A DNA stretch of 64,000 nucleotides from an uncultured Actinomycetota bacterium (GTDB lineage: Bacteria; Actinomycetota; Actinomycetes; JAFAQI01): positions 67,979 through 131,978 of the forward strand of contig CAVYQE010000007.1 in NCBI GenBank assembly GCA_963770565.1, written 5' to 3'. The notes under the pieces are model-generated. The model was not told the origin of the DNA, did not search any database, and was given only the letters and a program-made list of their open reading frames with translations. Below are positions 9,073 to 18,312 of this stretch, in pieces (the stretch's first letter is position 1; every line of letters starts with the position of its first letter). A program made the translations under genes and the position numbers.

Positions 9073-10068
9073 CTACGGTGCCGCGCCCGACGCGGGTTTC
9101 GATGTCGAGGCCGATGACGCCGACGGGAATCCGGCGTAGTAGCGGCGCCAGATCAGCCGGTGGATCGGGATCAAGCGCGGGATCGACCGCACCCCAGGGA
9201 GGAACGGGATGAGCACGAACCCGAGGCTGAGGATCGCCATGATCCCCCACACCAGTGCGTCGGCATTGCCCGATGTGGTGAACGGCGACACCTGATACCA
9301 GAACGTGTAGAGCCACAACCAGGCTTGACCGGGGTAGTTGCCGGTCTCGTTCATCATTCCCCACTGGTCGCCGCCAAGATGCTGGGCGTCGGCGGTGTTC
9401 TCCAGGTACGCGCCGTCGGCGATGAACAGCAGCGGTTGGGTGTAGTTGGTCTGGAAGAAGCCGCCGTGCAGCAGCAGGTCGCCGTCGAGGCCGCCGGACT
9501 GGGCCAGCGAAAGCAGCGAGCTGAGCATGACCGGAACCGGTCCGTAGCCGCCGCTCGCGACCTTGGCCGGATCGTTGCCCGGCGCCTTCGCCAGCGCGTC
9601 GTCGTACGCCGATGCCCACGTCTGCTGCTGGCCGGCCGTGGCGGAGTTCCACGCGCTGAGCGCGCTCGTCAACGCCGGGTTGCCGGGCACCTGCTTGAGC
9701 GGTCCGACCACGAAGTCGTTCGCGGTGTCGATCGGCTGGGTGACTCCGACGATGTGCTGCAGGGAGACCGGCCCGATCTTCTGGGCTGCGTCCGGGGTGT
9801 GGCTGTATGGCGCGCCGTACGTCGCGGTCCCGCTGGTTCCGTCGAGCTCGGTTGCGGCGGTGGCGACGAAGTCGTTCGGGTCGGCATGGCTCCAGCCCGA
9901 CAGGGTGATCTGCTTCTCGTCCGGTGACGAGAACACGAGCGCTAGTACGACCGTGAGCAACGCGACGACGACGACGGCGATCACGAACTCCTTCACGATG
10001 TCGAAGTCGTGATAGCGGCCGCTCCACTCCGGAGTGTCAGCGGAGTTGCGGTGCGTAGCCCTGGTCAC
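9073..10068 (-). CDS. Membrane protein coupled to cytochrome b (subunit IV-like, large extracytoplasmic insert)
   Basis: GTG overlaps the cytochrome b stop. N-terminal TM (DIVKEFVIAVVVVALL), YPGQAWLWLYTFWYQ, C-terminal TM; no CxxCH. Confidence 0.75.
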   Translation of the reverse strand: MTRATHRNSADTPEWSGRYHDFDIVKEFVIAVVVVALLTVVLALVFSSPDEKQITLSGWSHADPNDFVATAATELDGTSGTATYGAPYSHTPDAAQKIGPVSLQHIVGVTQPIDTANDFVVGPLKQVPGNPALTSALSAWNSATAGQQQTWASAYDDALAKAPGNDPAKVASGGYGPVPVMLSSLLSLAQSGGLDGDLLLHGGFFQTNYTQPLLFIADGAYLENTADAQHLGGDQWGMMNETGNYPGQAWLWLYTFWYQVSPFTTSGNADALVWGIMAILSLGFVLIPFLPGVRSIPRLIPIHRLIWRRYYAGFPSASSASTSKPASGAAP

Positions 10069-10709
10069 GACGCCACCTCCTCGGTGCCGATGTCCCGTGG
10101 ATCGCGCTCGAAGGGTGGGACGACGCCTCGCCGGCGTACCTGCAGGACGTGGACCACGGTGAACAGACCGATGACGAGCGGCAGCAGCACGATGTGCCAC
10201 ATCAGCATCTGGCCGAAGTTCAAGACGTTGAAGTAGGCGCCGATGCCGACCGAGTTCAGGCCGTCCTTCGCCTGGGTGCTGATCCACTGAGAGTCGAAGT
10301 TGGACTGCACGAGGTAGCCGGTGAAGGCGGTCCCGATCGAGGTGAGGAAGCAGATCGAGCCGGTGATCCAGGTGCGCGCCCGGTGGCCCCGCCACGCGGC
10401 CATCCAGAACTTCCCCCACAGGTGGATGACCATGAAGGCCATGAACAGCTCGACACTCCACAGGTGCAGGCTGTTCACGAAGTGCCCAAGCCTCGCGCTG
10501 TGCCACCACTGGGGCCCGGCGATCGCCAGGATGCCGCCGGAGATGAGTACGACGAGGAACGCGGCAATGGTCAGGACGCCGAAGACGTAGATCCACGACG
10601 CCACATAGATCGGTTGGCGGTCGGGCAGCAGGCGATCCGGCGGCAGGCTTCGCAGCGCACGTCCACGCAGCCGGCCGGTCCAGTTCGAGTCGGCGGCGGG
10701 CGCGGTCAT
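10065..10709 (-). CDS. Cytochrome b N-terminal domain protein (b6-like, 214 aa)
   Basis: Four heme-ligand His (SLHLWS...VIHLW; MWHIVLLP...VVHVL), TWITG, AFTGY. Confidence 0.9.
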   Translation of the reverse strand: MTAPAADSNWTGRLRGRALRSLPPDRLLPDRQPIYVASWIYVFGVLTIAAFLVVLISGGILAIAGPQWWHSARLGHFVNSLHLWSVELFMAFMVIHLWGKFWMAAWRGHRARTWITGSICFLTSIGTAFTGYLVQSNFDSQWISTQAKDGLNSVGIGAYFNVLNFGQMLMWHIVLLPLVIGLFTVVHVLQVRRRGVVPPFERDPRDIGTEEVAS

Positions 10710-10870
10710 GGCCGATCGCGCTTCGTCGGGAACGGCAGGAGGATCGCGAGCACGAACACGACCACCATCAAGATGATGACGGTCAGGTTCGCGACCGAGA
10801 TCTGGATCACACCCCAGTGCACATAGTGCCCGAGGTGGTTCAAATTCACCGGTGCTGAGACCAGGCTCAC
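10706..10870 (-). CDS. Small single-TM protein (54 aa), absent from the ORF track
   Basis: GAGAGG RBS then GTG. MSLVSAPVNLNHLGHYVHWGVIQISVANLTVIILMVVVFVLAILLPFPTKRDRP. The stop overlaps the cytochrome b ATG (ATGA). Confidence 0.75.
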   Translation of the reverse strand: MSLVSAPVNLNHLGHYVHWGVIQISVANLTVIILMVVVFVLAILLPFPTKRDRP

Positions 10871-10979
10871 GGCGGACCTCTCAAGACGGCCTACTACAAA
10901 GAGTCGGACTCCCTGTCAGGCTGAGCCAAGCCCGTTGCCGCCGGTCCCGCTAGGGCCATAGGTCCCGAGTGCGTTGAGG

Positions 10980-12023
10980 TCAGGCCAGGATGCGGTCGGC
11001 GATGTCGGCGCGATGAGCACGCGCGGTGGCGTCGAAGCCGAGATTCCACTGTGCGCGCTTGTAGTAGCGATGAAGCACGTGCTCCCAGGTGAAGCCGATC
11101 CCGCCGTGCACCTGGATCGACTGCTCGCAGGCGAACACCGCGCCTTCACCGCCCGCGACGCTCGCACCGGCGACCGCGAGGTCGGCGTCTGGGTCGTTCG
11201 CGCTCACTGCCCACGCCGCCCAGTACGCCATCGAACGCGCGAGCTGGAGGGCGACAAAGGTGTTGGAGACCCGGTGCGAGACGCCCTGGTAGGTGCCGAT
11301 GACCCGCCCGAACTGCTGGCGTTCCTTCGCGTGCGCCGCGGCCAGGTCGAGGGCTTGCTGCGCGACGCCGACCGACTCGCACGCCAGCAAGGCCAGTGCC
11401 TGCCGTCGCGCGGCGGCGAGCTCGTCGGCGGTGGTGTCGAGCCGTCGCGCGGGCGTGGCGTCGAGCCGCAGTTCGCCGAGCCGGCGGGTGCGGTCCATCG
11501 TCGAGCGGCTGACCACGACCTCGGGATGGGCCGCGACGTCGACGGCGTACAGCCCATCGGCGGTGACGACGACGACGTCGGTCACCGAGGTCAGGTCGGG
11601 CACCAGGATCTTGGTGCCGGTCAGCGCGCCGGCCGCGGTCGCGGCGGTCGTGCTGTTGGTGCCGGCCGCGCGCAACGACGCCGGTCCGCCCGGCTCCGCC
11701 CAGGCGACGGTCGCGCTTCGCTCGCCGGCGCTGATCGCCTTGCGCAGCTCGTCGTCGAGCAGTGGCCAGGCCAGCCCCATGCTGGACCACCACGGCGCCG
11801 GCAGCAGTGCCTGACCGGTCTCCTCGGCGAGGACGGCGTGCTCGAGCAGGCCCAGGTCCGGGTCGAGCCAGCCGAGCTCGGCCAGCTCGCGCCAGGTGGC
11901 GGGATCCCAGCCAGCGTCGGAGTCGGCCAGCTCAACGATGCGGGCCGGCGGGAACCGGTCGTTGAGGTAGTCGCGAGCCGCCGCACGAAGCTGCTCCTGC
12001 TCGTCGGAAAACGCGAAGTCCAT
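10980..12023 (-). CDS. Acyl-CoA dehydrogenase family protein (short partner subunit)
   Basis: MDFAFSDEQEQLR, ERQQFGRVIGTYQGVSH, QVHGGIGFTWEH. Confidence 0.9.
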   Translation of the reverse strand: MDFAFSDEQEQLRAAARDYLNDRFPPARIVELADSDAGWDPATWRELAELGWLDPDLGLLEHAVLAEETGQALLPAPWWSSMGLAWPLLDDELRKAISAGERSATVAWAEPGGPASLRAAGTNSTTAATAAGALTGTKILVPDLTSVTDVVVVTADGLYAVDVAAHPEVVVSRSTMDRTRRLGELRLDATPARRLDTTADELAAARRQALALLACESVGVAQQALDLAAAHAKERQQFGRVIGTYQGVSHRVSNTFVALQLARSMAYWAAWAVSANDPDADLAVAGASVAGGEGAVFACEQSIQVHGGIGFTWEHVLHRYYKRAQWNLGFDATARAHRADIADRILA

Positions 12024-12032
12024 CACTGTCTC

Positions 12033-13214
12033 CTAGCGGGAGCGGGGCAGGCCGACGACCCGCTCGGCGATGATGTTGCGCAGCACCTCGGACGTGCCCG
12101 CCTCGATCGTGTTGCCGCGGCTGCGCAGCTGCAGGTAGGCCCAGTAGCCGTCCCACACGCCACCTTCGGCGTCGAGCTGGGCGGCCAGGCCGGACACCGA
12201 CTGGGCCAGCGAGGTGAGCCGCTGGTTGGTCTCGCTCCAGTGCAGCTTCGCGACCGAGCCCTCCGGCCCGGGTACGCCGGTCTTCTGCAGCGCGGTCAGC
12301 GAGCGGTAGTTGGTGAACCGCAGTGCCTGCAGGTCGATCCACAGCTGAGCGACCTGGTCGCGGACGACCGGATCGTCGGCCGGCCGATCGCCGTCCGCGG
12401 CGGGCAGCTTCACCAGCTCGATCAGCCGATTGACCGAACGCTCGAGACCGGCGGTCAGCGCGAAGCCGAGCGTTCCCCGCTCGTGCAGCAGCGTCGTCAT
12501 CGCGACGTTCCATCCGTCGCCGGGCGCGCCGAGCATCGACTCCTTCGGCACCCGGACATCGGTGAAGAAGATCTCGTTGAACTCCGGGTCACCAGTGATC
12601 TGACGCAGCGGTCGCACCTCGACGCCCGGGGTGTGCATGTCGACCAAGAGGTAGGACAGCCCGCGGTGCCGCTCGGCGTCCGGGTCGGTGCGCACGACGA
12701 GAATGCACCAGTCGGCGATATGCGCCCAGCTCGACCAGACCTTCTGCCCGTTGACGACCCACTCGTCACCGTCGAGCTCGGCGCGGGTCTTGGCGCCGGC
12801 CAGGTCGGACCCGCTGCCTGGCTCCGAGAAGCCCTGGCACCAGACCTCCTCGCCGGACAGGAGTGGCGTGAGATACCGCTTCTTCTGCTCGTCGCTGCCC
12901 CACGCGATGATGGTCGGGCCGGCCATGCCGAGCCCGATCCCGCCGATGTGCTCGGGCGCGCCGATCCGGGCCGACTCCTCGAGGAAGACGCCCTGGAAGG
13001 TGTGCGGTGCGCCGCCGCCGCCGTACTCGGCCGGCCAGGTCAACCCGACGTACCCGGCGTCGTAAAGGCGCCGGCTCCACTCTCGCGAGTCCGCCTCCCG
13101 GGAGCGCCCGACGGTGGGGGCGCGAGTGGTCCAGTCTGCGGGCAGCGCGTCGAGCAGCCAATCACGTAGTTTCGCGCGGAATGCGGCTTCTTCGGGGGTG
13201 TCCCGGAAGTCCAC
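12033..13214 (-). CDS. Acyl-CoA dehydrogenase
   Basis: WCQGFSEPGSGSDLA, NGQKVWSS, EFNEIFF, GTSEVLRNIIAER. GTG start with GGAGG RBS. Confidence 0.92.
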   Translation of the reverse strand: MDFRDTPEEAAFRAKLRDWLLDALPADWTTRAPTVGRSREADSREWSRRLYDAGYVGLTWPAEYGGGGAPHTFQGVFLEESARIGAPEHIGGIGLGMAGPTIIAWGSDEQKKRYLTPLLSGEEVWCQGFSEPGSGSDLAGAKTRAELDGDEWVVNGQKVWSSWAHIADWCILVVRTDPDAERHRGLSYLLVDMHTPGVEVRPLRQITGDPEFNEIFFTDVRVPKESMLGAPGDGWNVAMTTLLHERGTLGFALTAGLERSVNRLIELVKLPAADGDRPADDPVVRDQVAQLWIDLQALRFTNYRSLTALQKTGVPGPEGSVAKLHWSETNQRLTSLAQSVSGLAAQLDAEGGVWDGYWAYLQLRSRGNTIEAGTSEVLRNIIAERVVGLPRSR

Positions 13215-13262
13215 GCCGACCTCCTCGTGCGTCCGAACCTCGTTCGGTGCACAGTAGTCGAC

Positions 13263-14801
13263 ATGACAACGACACTCGCGACCGCTCCGACCGGTGCCAG
13301 CCTGCAGCGGCTGGCCGAGGCGGCCTGGGAACGGGTCGGCGACCGATCGCTGCTGATCTTCGAGGGCGAGAAGTTCGACAGCGCGACGCTGGCCGCACGT
13401 ACCCGCCGGTTCTCGCAGGGCTTGCGCGACGCCGGGTTGCGCCCGGGCGAGCGGGTGGTCGTCTGCATGTCGAACTGTGCCGAGGTCGGGATCACCTACG
13501 CCGCGGTCTGGCGGGCCGGCGCGGTGACGACGCCGGTGCTGTTCCTGCTCAGCGAGGACGAGCTCCGGCACGTGCTGGTCGACAGCGAGGCCGCGTTCGT
13601 CGTGACCACGCCGGAGTTCCTGCCGAAGGTGCAATCGGCCGGTGCCGGGGTCGCGACCCTGCGCGGGATCGTGCTCGCGGGAGATCCGGCTGAGGGAACG
13701 CTGTCGTTCGCCGAGCTCGAGTCGGCGGCCGACGGCGATATCGTCGACACCGACCCCGCCGACCTGGCCGCCCTGCTCTACACCGGTGGCACGACCGGCC
13801 GGTCGAAAGGCGTGATGCTCAGCCACAACGCGATGTCGGCCTCGGCCTGGGCGGCCACCACGGTGGGGTACGACCCGCAGCTGCACACCTCGCTGTTACC
13901 GCTGCCGCTGTCGCACGCGTTCGGGCTGTTGGTGTCGACGTTGAGCCTGCACGCTCCCGATCCCGGAACCGCGATCCTCATGCGATGGTTCGACCCGACC
14001 GGGTGGCTGACCCTCGCGGCGCAGCACCAGGTGCAGGTGGGCGCCGTCGTACCGTCGATGTTGCAGATGCTGCTGGCCCATCCGGTCGAGGACTACGACC
14101 TGAGCGCGCTGAGGCGGATCGCGAGCGGCGCCGCGCCGTTGCTGCACGAGACCCGCGACGAGGTGAGCCGGCGGTTGCCGTGGGTCGAGCTCGGCGAGGG
14201 CTACGGCTGCACGGAGTCCGCGGCGTTGATCGCCACTTCACCCCCTGGCGCGGTCCGGCCGGGCAGCGTCGGCAAGCCGGTGCCAGGCGTGGAGGTCCGG
14301 ATCGAGACCCCTGACGGCCGCGACGGCGGGGTCGGCGAGGAGGGCGAGATCTGCATGCGCGGGCCGAGCCTGATGACCGGCTACTGGCACAGCGAGGACG
14401 AGACCGCCTACGCGCTGCGGGAAGGCTGGCTGCACACGGGCGACGTCGGCCGGATCGACGCCGACGGCTACCTCTATGTGATCGACCGGCTGAAGGACCT
14501 GATCATCCGTGGCGGCCTCAACGTCTACCCGCGCGACGTCGAGGACGAGATGCTCGGCCACCCGGACGTGGTGGCCGCGGCGGTCGTCGGCAAGCCGGAC
14601 CCGATGTACGGCGAGGAGGTCGTCGCCTTCGTCCAACTGCGACCTGGTGCGGAGGTGACGGTGGAGGACCTGGTGGCTTATGCGCGGGAGCACATCTCGA
14701 AGGCGAAGTACCCGCGCGACGTACGGATCGTCGAGCAGATCCCGCTGACCAGCGTGCTCAAGACCGACCGCAAGGCGCTCCGCGCCCAACTCACCCCCTA
14801 A
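13263..14801 (+). CDS. AMP-dependent acyl-CoA ligase
   Basis: YTGGTTGRSKG, GYGCTE, WLHTGD, DRLKDLIIRGG. Confidence 0.92.
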   Translation: MTTTLATAPTGASLQRLAEAAWERVGDRSLLIFEGEKFDSATLAARTRRFSQGLRDAGLRPGERVVVCMSNCAEVGITYAAVWRAGAVTTPVLFLLSEDELRHVLVDSEAAFVVTTPEFLPKVQSAGAGVATLRGIVLAGDPAEGTLSFAELESAADGDIVDTDPADLAALLYTGGTTGRSKGVMLSHNAMSASAWAATTVGYDPQLHTSLLPLPLSHAFGLLVSTLSLHAPDPGTAILMRWFDPTGWLTLAAQHQVQVGAVVPSMLQMLLAHPVEDYDLSALRRIASGAAPLLHETRDEVSRRLPWVELGEGYGCTESAALIATSPPGAVRPGSVGKPVPGVEVRIETPDGRDGGVGEEGEICMRGPSLMTGYWHSEDETAYALREGWLHTGDVGRIDADGYLYVIDRLKDLIIRGGLNVYPRDVEDEMLGHPDVVAAAVVGKPDPMYGEEVVAFVQLRPGAEVTVEDLVAYAREHISKAKYPRDVRIVEQIPLTSVLKTDRKALRAQLTP

Positions 14802-14807
14802 CCCGCT

Positions 14808-14892
14808 CCAAGCAATGTCACGTTGCCCAGGGGTTTCTTGGGGTGATGTCACATTGCCCCCACGAAGTGCGGGGCAATGTGACATTGCTTGG
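14808..14892. repeat. REP-like composite palindrome
   Basis: Perfect 14-bp terminal IR CCAAGCAATGTCAC/GTGACATTGCTTGG plus an internal third copy ATGTCACATTGCCCC. Lies between convergent genes. Confidence 0.75.
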
Positions 14893-14894
14893 GG

Positions 14895-15416
14895 CTACTC
14901 GTCGAGGCGGCGGAGGTCGGTCTTGTAGCGGTGGCCGTTCTCGACGTAGAGGTCGACCGCGTGCTGGATCGCCTCGGGGGACGCGGACTCAGGCTTGATC
15001 TTGGCGGGGACTCCCAGCGCCATCGCAGCAGCGGGTACGACGGTGTCGTTCGGCACCACCGCGCCGGCTCCCACGAGCGCCCCGGAATGGACGACCACCC
15101 GGTGCAGCACGACCGAGCCGGACCCGATCAGCGCCCGGTCCTCGACCGCGCAGCCCTCCAGGTGCGCATTGTGACCAACAACACAGTCGTCACCGATCGT
15201 GGTCGGGTGGCTGTGTGTGGCGTGGATCACCGTGCCGTCCTGGATCGAGGTCCGGGCCCCGATCGTGATCGAGCCGTAGTCGCCGCGCAGGACCGCACCC
15301 GGCCAAACCGACGAGTCCGCACCGATCGTCACCGACCCGATGACCACGGCGTCGGGGTGGACATAGGCACGCGGGTCGATCGACGGCACCTGATCGCCCA
15401 GGGCATAGACGGTCAC
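14895..15416 (-). CDS. Gamma carbonic anhydrase family (hexapeptide repeat) protein
   Basis: AVLRGD, IQDGTVIH, VGHNAHLEG, GVPAK. Confidence 0.9.
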   Translation of the reverse strand: MTVYALGDQVPSIDPRAYVHPDAVVIGSVTIGADSSVWPGAVLRGDYGSITIGARTSIQDGTVIHATHSHPTTIGDDCVVGHNAHLEGCAVEDRALIGSGSVVLHRVVVHSGALVGAGAVVPNDTVVPAAAMALGVPAKIKPESASPEAIQHAVDLYVENGHRYKTDLRRLDE

Positions 15417-15605
15417 TGAACCTCCTGAGTCCTCAGCAGCGTGTCTTGGGCAGGCATTCAGATGCCCGGCGTAGCCTCACAATCCGCTCAACATCATGTA
15501 CCGTGCGCCCGCGCGGTGGGATCACCGCCTGCCAGCGGGCATAAATCGGCCGCTGTGGCGTTACGTCTCGCGCAAGGACTACTTACTGAGGCAGGTATAG
15601 AGCAG

Positions 15606-15896
15606 ATGGCAACCGACTACGACACCCCGCGCGCCACGGACGACGAGGCCACGGAAGACAGCATCGAGGAGCTGAAGGCGCGCCGCGATGCCCAGGCTGG
15701 CGCGGTTGACGTCGACGAGGCCGAGCTGGCCGAATCGCTGGAGCTCCCGGGCGCGGACTTGTCCGGAGAGGAGCTCACGGTCCGGGTCGTCCCCCGTCAG
15801 GCCGACGAGTTCACCTGTAGCCGATGCTTCCTGGTCCGGCACCGCAGCCAGCTCGCGGACGAGAAGAAAGGCATCTGCCGGGAGTGCGCGGCCTAG
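15606..15896 (+). CDS. DUF4193 family protein
   Basis: MATDYDTPR...LELPGADLSGEEL...DEFTCSRCFLVRHRSQL...CREC. Confidence 0.9.
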   Translation: MATDYDTPRATDDEATEDSIEELKARRDAQAGAVDVDEAELAESLELPGADLSGEELTVRVVPRQADEFTCSRCFLVRHRSQLADEKKGICRECAA

Positions 15897-16645
15897 GCGC
15901 CCGGCGGGCTTCCGCCGACGACGAACCGGGCGATCTGCCCGGCGTCGTCGTACGCCTGATCGACGGCACTCCGCTCGACGCCCGCACCCGGGCCAGCCTG
16001 CTGCGCCGGCTCACGATCGGGCTGGCCGCCAGCGCCCGGGCAGCCGGCGCGCTCGCGGTGGGCAGCGGGCGCTGGCTCACCGACCTGGTCGTCGACTTCG
16101 CCCCCCACATCCCGATCAGGGACGCGACCACGCTGCGCGCCCACTACGACGGCAAGTTCGGTGACGAGCTCGCAAGTGCACTGATCGACAACGCGGCGCG
16201 CGCCACGGCAGCCGTCGGCGCCGCGGGCGGCATCATCTCCTCGCTCGAGTTCGCGACTCCGCCGTTGCTGCTGACCTCGCCGGTTCAGGTCGCTGCCGAG
16301 ACGATCGCCGTGGTCGCGATCGAGCTGAAGCTCGTCGCCGAACTGCACGAGGCGTACGGCTATCCGGCGACCGGCACCCCGGCGGTGCGCACTGCGGCCT
16401 ACCTCGGCGCCTGGACCAGGCGGCGCGGGCTCGACCGCTCGCTCGGCGGGTCCGGCCTGCCCGGGCTGGTGACCGGTGCGGCCCGCAGGTCGTTGCGCAA
16501 CCGGCTGGTCCGCCGGGCGGGGGAGAACGCGGTGACCGTCATGCCGTTCATGACCGGTGCACTGGCCGGCGCTTCGCTGAACTCGCGGGAGACCCGCCGG
16601 CTGGGCGAGCAGATCGCCGGCGACCTCGGCGGTCACCCGCACTGA
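15884..16645 (+). CDS. Conserved hypothetical protein (EcsC-like helical protein); start uncertain
   Basis: LAHIPIRD-like APHIPIRD segment, AAETIAVVAIELKLVAELHEAYG, GALAGASLNSRETRRLG; GC3-rich frame. Confidence 0.65.
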   Translation: MRGLGARRASADDEPGDLPGVVVRLIDGTPLDARTRASLLRRLTIGLAASARAAGALAVGSGRWLTDLVVDFAPHIPIRDATTLRAHYDGKFGDELASALIDNAARATAAVGAAGGIISSLEFATPPLLLTSPVQVAAETIAVVAIELKLVAELHEAYGYPATGTPAVRTAAYLGAWTRRRGLDRSLGGSGLPGLVTGAARRSLRNRLVRRAGENAVTVMPFMTGALAGASLNSRETRRLGEQIAGDLGGHPH

Positions 16646-16654
16646 CCGGTCCGC

Positions 16655-17881
16655 TCAGGCGGTCAGGAAGCCGCGGACCAACGCGGCGGTCTCGTCCGGG
16701 TGCTCGAACTGCGGCACATGCCCGCACTCGGCCAGCACGACCGACTGTGACAGCGGCAGCGCCGAGGTGATGTGCCGCTCGAACGACGACGGCACCACCC
16801 AGTCGTGGTCGCCCCACACGAACAACGCCGGCGGCTCCAGCCCCGGCAGCCGCTCCCAGAAGCCGTCTTCGCCGTACGCCGCCTCGAGGTAGATCTCCCG
16901 CATCGCGGAGTAGAAGGCGCGACGGTGACCGTAGTTCCTCATCAGCCGCCGGTACTCATCGGCGGCTGCGTCGTACCACGCGTCCGGCAGCCGGTCCGGC
17001 CGGGCGAACAGCGAGCGGATCCCGAACACCACGGCCCGATGGGGTATCGGGTAGGGAAGCACGAGCGCGCCGGGCTGCAACAGGCGGACGAGCGGCACCA
17101 GCTGCCGCATCCGCCGAAACGCCGGCGACGGGCAGAGCAGCACCAGCCGGGACACCAGGTCGGGCGCGCTCAGCGCGGCCTCGATCGCGACCCGCCCGCC
17201 GAGCGAGTTGCCGACCAGCGTCACCGGACCGGCGCCGACCGCGGCGCAGAACGCCTCCAGCCAGCTGGCCAGCTCGTGCGCCTGGTAGCGCCAGCGCGGC
17301 GCCGCCGATCCGCCGAATCCCGGGAAGTCCGGGGCGAGGACCCGATGGTCGCGCACGAGGTCCGGCAGCAGCGGCAGCATCGAGGCGTTCGTTGCGCCGA
17401 GGCCATGCAGCAGCACGACCGCCGGCGCGTCTCTGGGCCCGGCCTCGAGGTACGACGAACGAACCCCGCGCGCGGTCACGACGTTGACCACCGGGTGCGA
17501 GTCCGGCCGCTCGCCGACGTCGAACGCGCTGTCGATCTGAAGCGCGAACGCCAGATCGCCGCGCACGGTCAGGCCGTGGTCGAGGAAGGCGCCGACGCCG
17601 GACAGCTCGCCCTCGAGGACGGCGGCCAGGGTCACCGGATCGGCCGTGATCGTCGCCCGTGGGCGCGCGACCCGCCCGCGCTGCAGCCGCACCCGGCCCC
17701 GGTCGAGCGCAACCGTCCACGATCCGACCGGCGGCGCGTCGAAGACCACGGCGCCGCGTTCGGTCGCGAGGGCCGACTGCACGCCGTCACTGACTCGGGC
17801 CGCGAACAGCGCGTCGAGGTTCGGGATAGCCGCCAATGTGCGCAGCGCGCTACCTCGACGGCCTAGCACGTCCGAGCTCAC
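16655..17881 (-). CDS. SCP2 sterol-binding domain fused to an alpha/beta hydrolase
   Basis: N-terminal AFLDHGLTVRGD (SCP2-like), LLHGLG, GNSLGG nucleophile elbow, WGDHD, CGHVPQFE. Confidence 0.85.
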   Translation of the reverse strand: MSSDVLGRRGSALRTLAAIPNLDALFAARVSDGVQSALATERGAVVFDAPPVGSWTVALDRGRVRLQRGRVARPRATITADPVTLAAVLEGELSGVGAFLDHGLTVRGDLAFALQIDSAFDVGERPDSHPVVNVVTARGVRSSYLEAGPRDAPAVVLLHGLGATNASMLPLLPDLVRDHRVLAPDFPGFGGSAAPRWRYQAHELASWLEAFCAAVGAGPVTLVGNSLGGRVAIEAALSAPDLVSRLVLLCPSPAFRRMRQLVPLVRLLQPGALVLPYPIPHRAVVFGIRSLFARPDRLPDAWYDAAADEYRRLMRNYGHRRAFYSAMREIYLEAAYGEDGFWERLPGLEPPALFVWGDHDWVVPSSFERHITSALPLSQSVVLAECGHVPQFEHPDETAALVRGFLTA

Positions 17882-18219
17882 CGGGCCGGTTCGTCCATCC
17901 CCGGGGGAAGCGTGCCCGACGCCCGCCGCCAGGTCGCGGCGACCCGGCGCTGCGCCATCAGCTTCGCCGCCGCGATCACCGCCGCCGACGCGACCACCCA
18001 GGACGCCGCCTCGGCCCACCGGACGTCAGGGTGCTCGGGGTTGGCCGGCGGCTCTTTGCCGGTCGCCTGCTTCCAGCCCACGGTCAACGCCCGCCGGGCG
18101 ACCGCCGTACCGAACGCGGTGCCGATCCCGGCGAAGATCTTGTAGCCGAGCTTGCCGGGGTTCTTCGGCGGATCCTGCTTCTCGGCAGAGGCTGGATCGC
18201 TGTCGTCGTCGCGGGCCAT
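17878..18219 (-). CDS. DUF4235 family protein
   Basis: WKQATGKEPPANPEHPDVRWAEAASW...LPPG. Confidence 0.8.
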   Translation of the reverse strand: MARDDDSDPASAEKQDPPKNPGKLGYKIFAGIGTAFGTAVARRALTVGWKQATGKEPPANPEHPDVRWAEAASWVVASAAVIAAAKLMAQRRVAATWRRASGTLPPGMDEPAR

Positions 18220-18312
18220 GGCCAACAGCCTGGCACGACCGGGCCGGATAGCGTGGGAGATCGAGCGAGGGTGCGGCAAGAACTGACAGTGGGGTAGTCC
18301 AGGATTGCGAGG

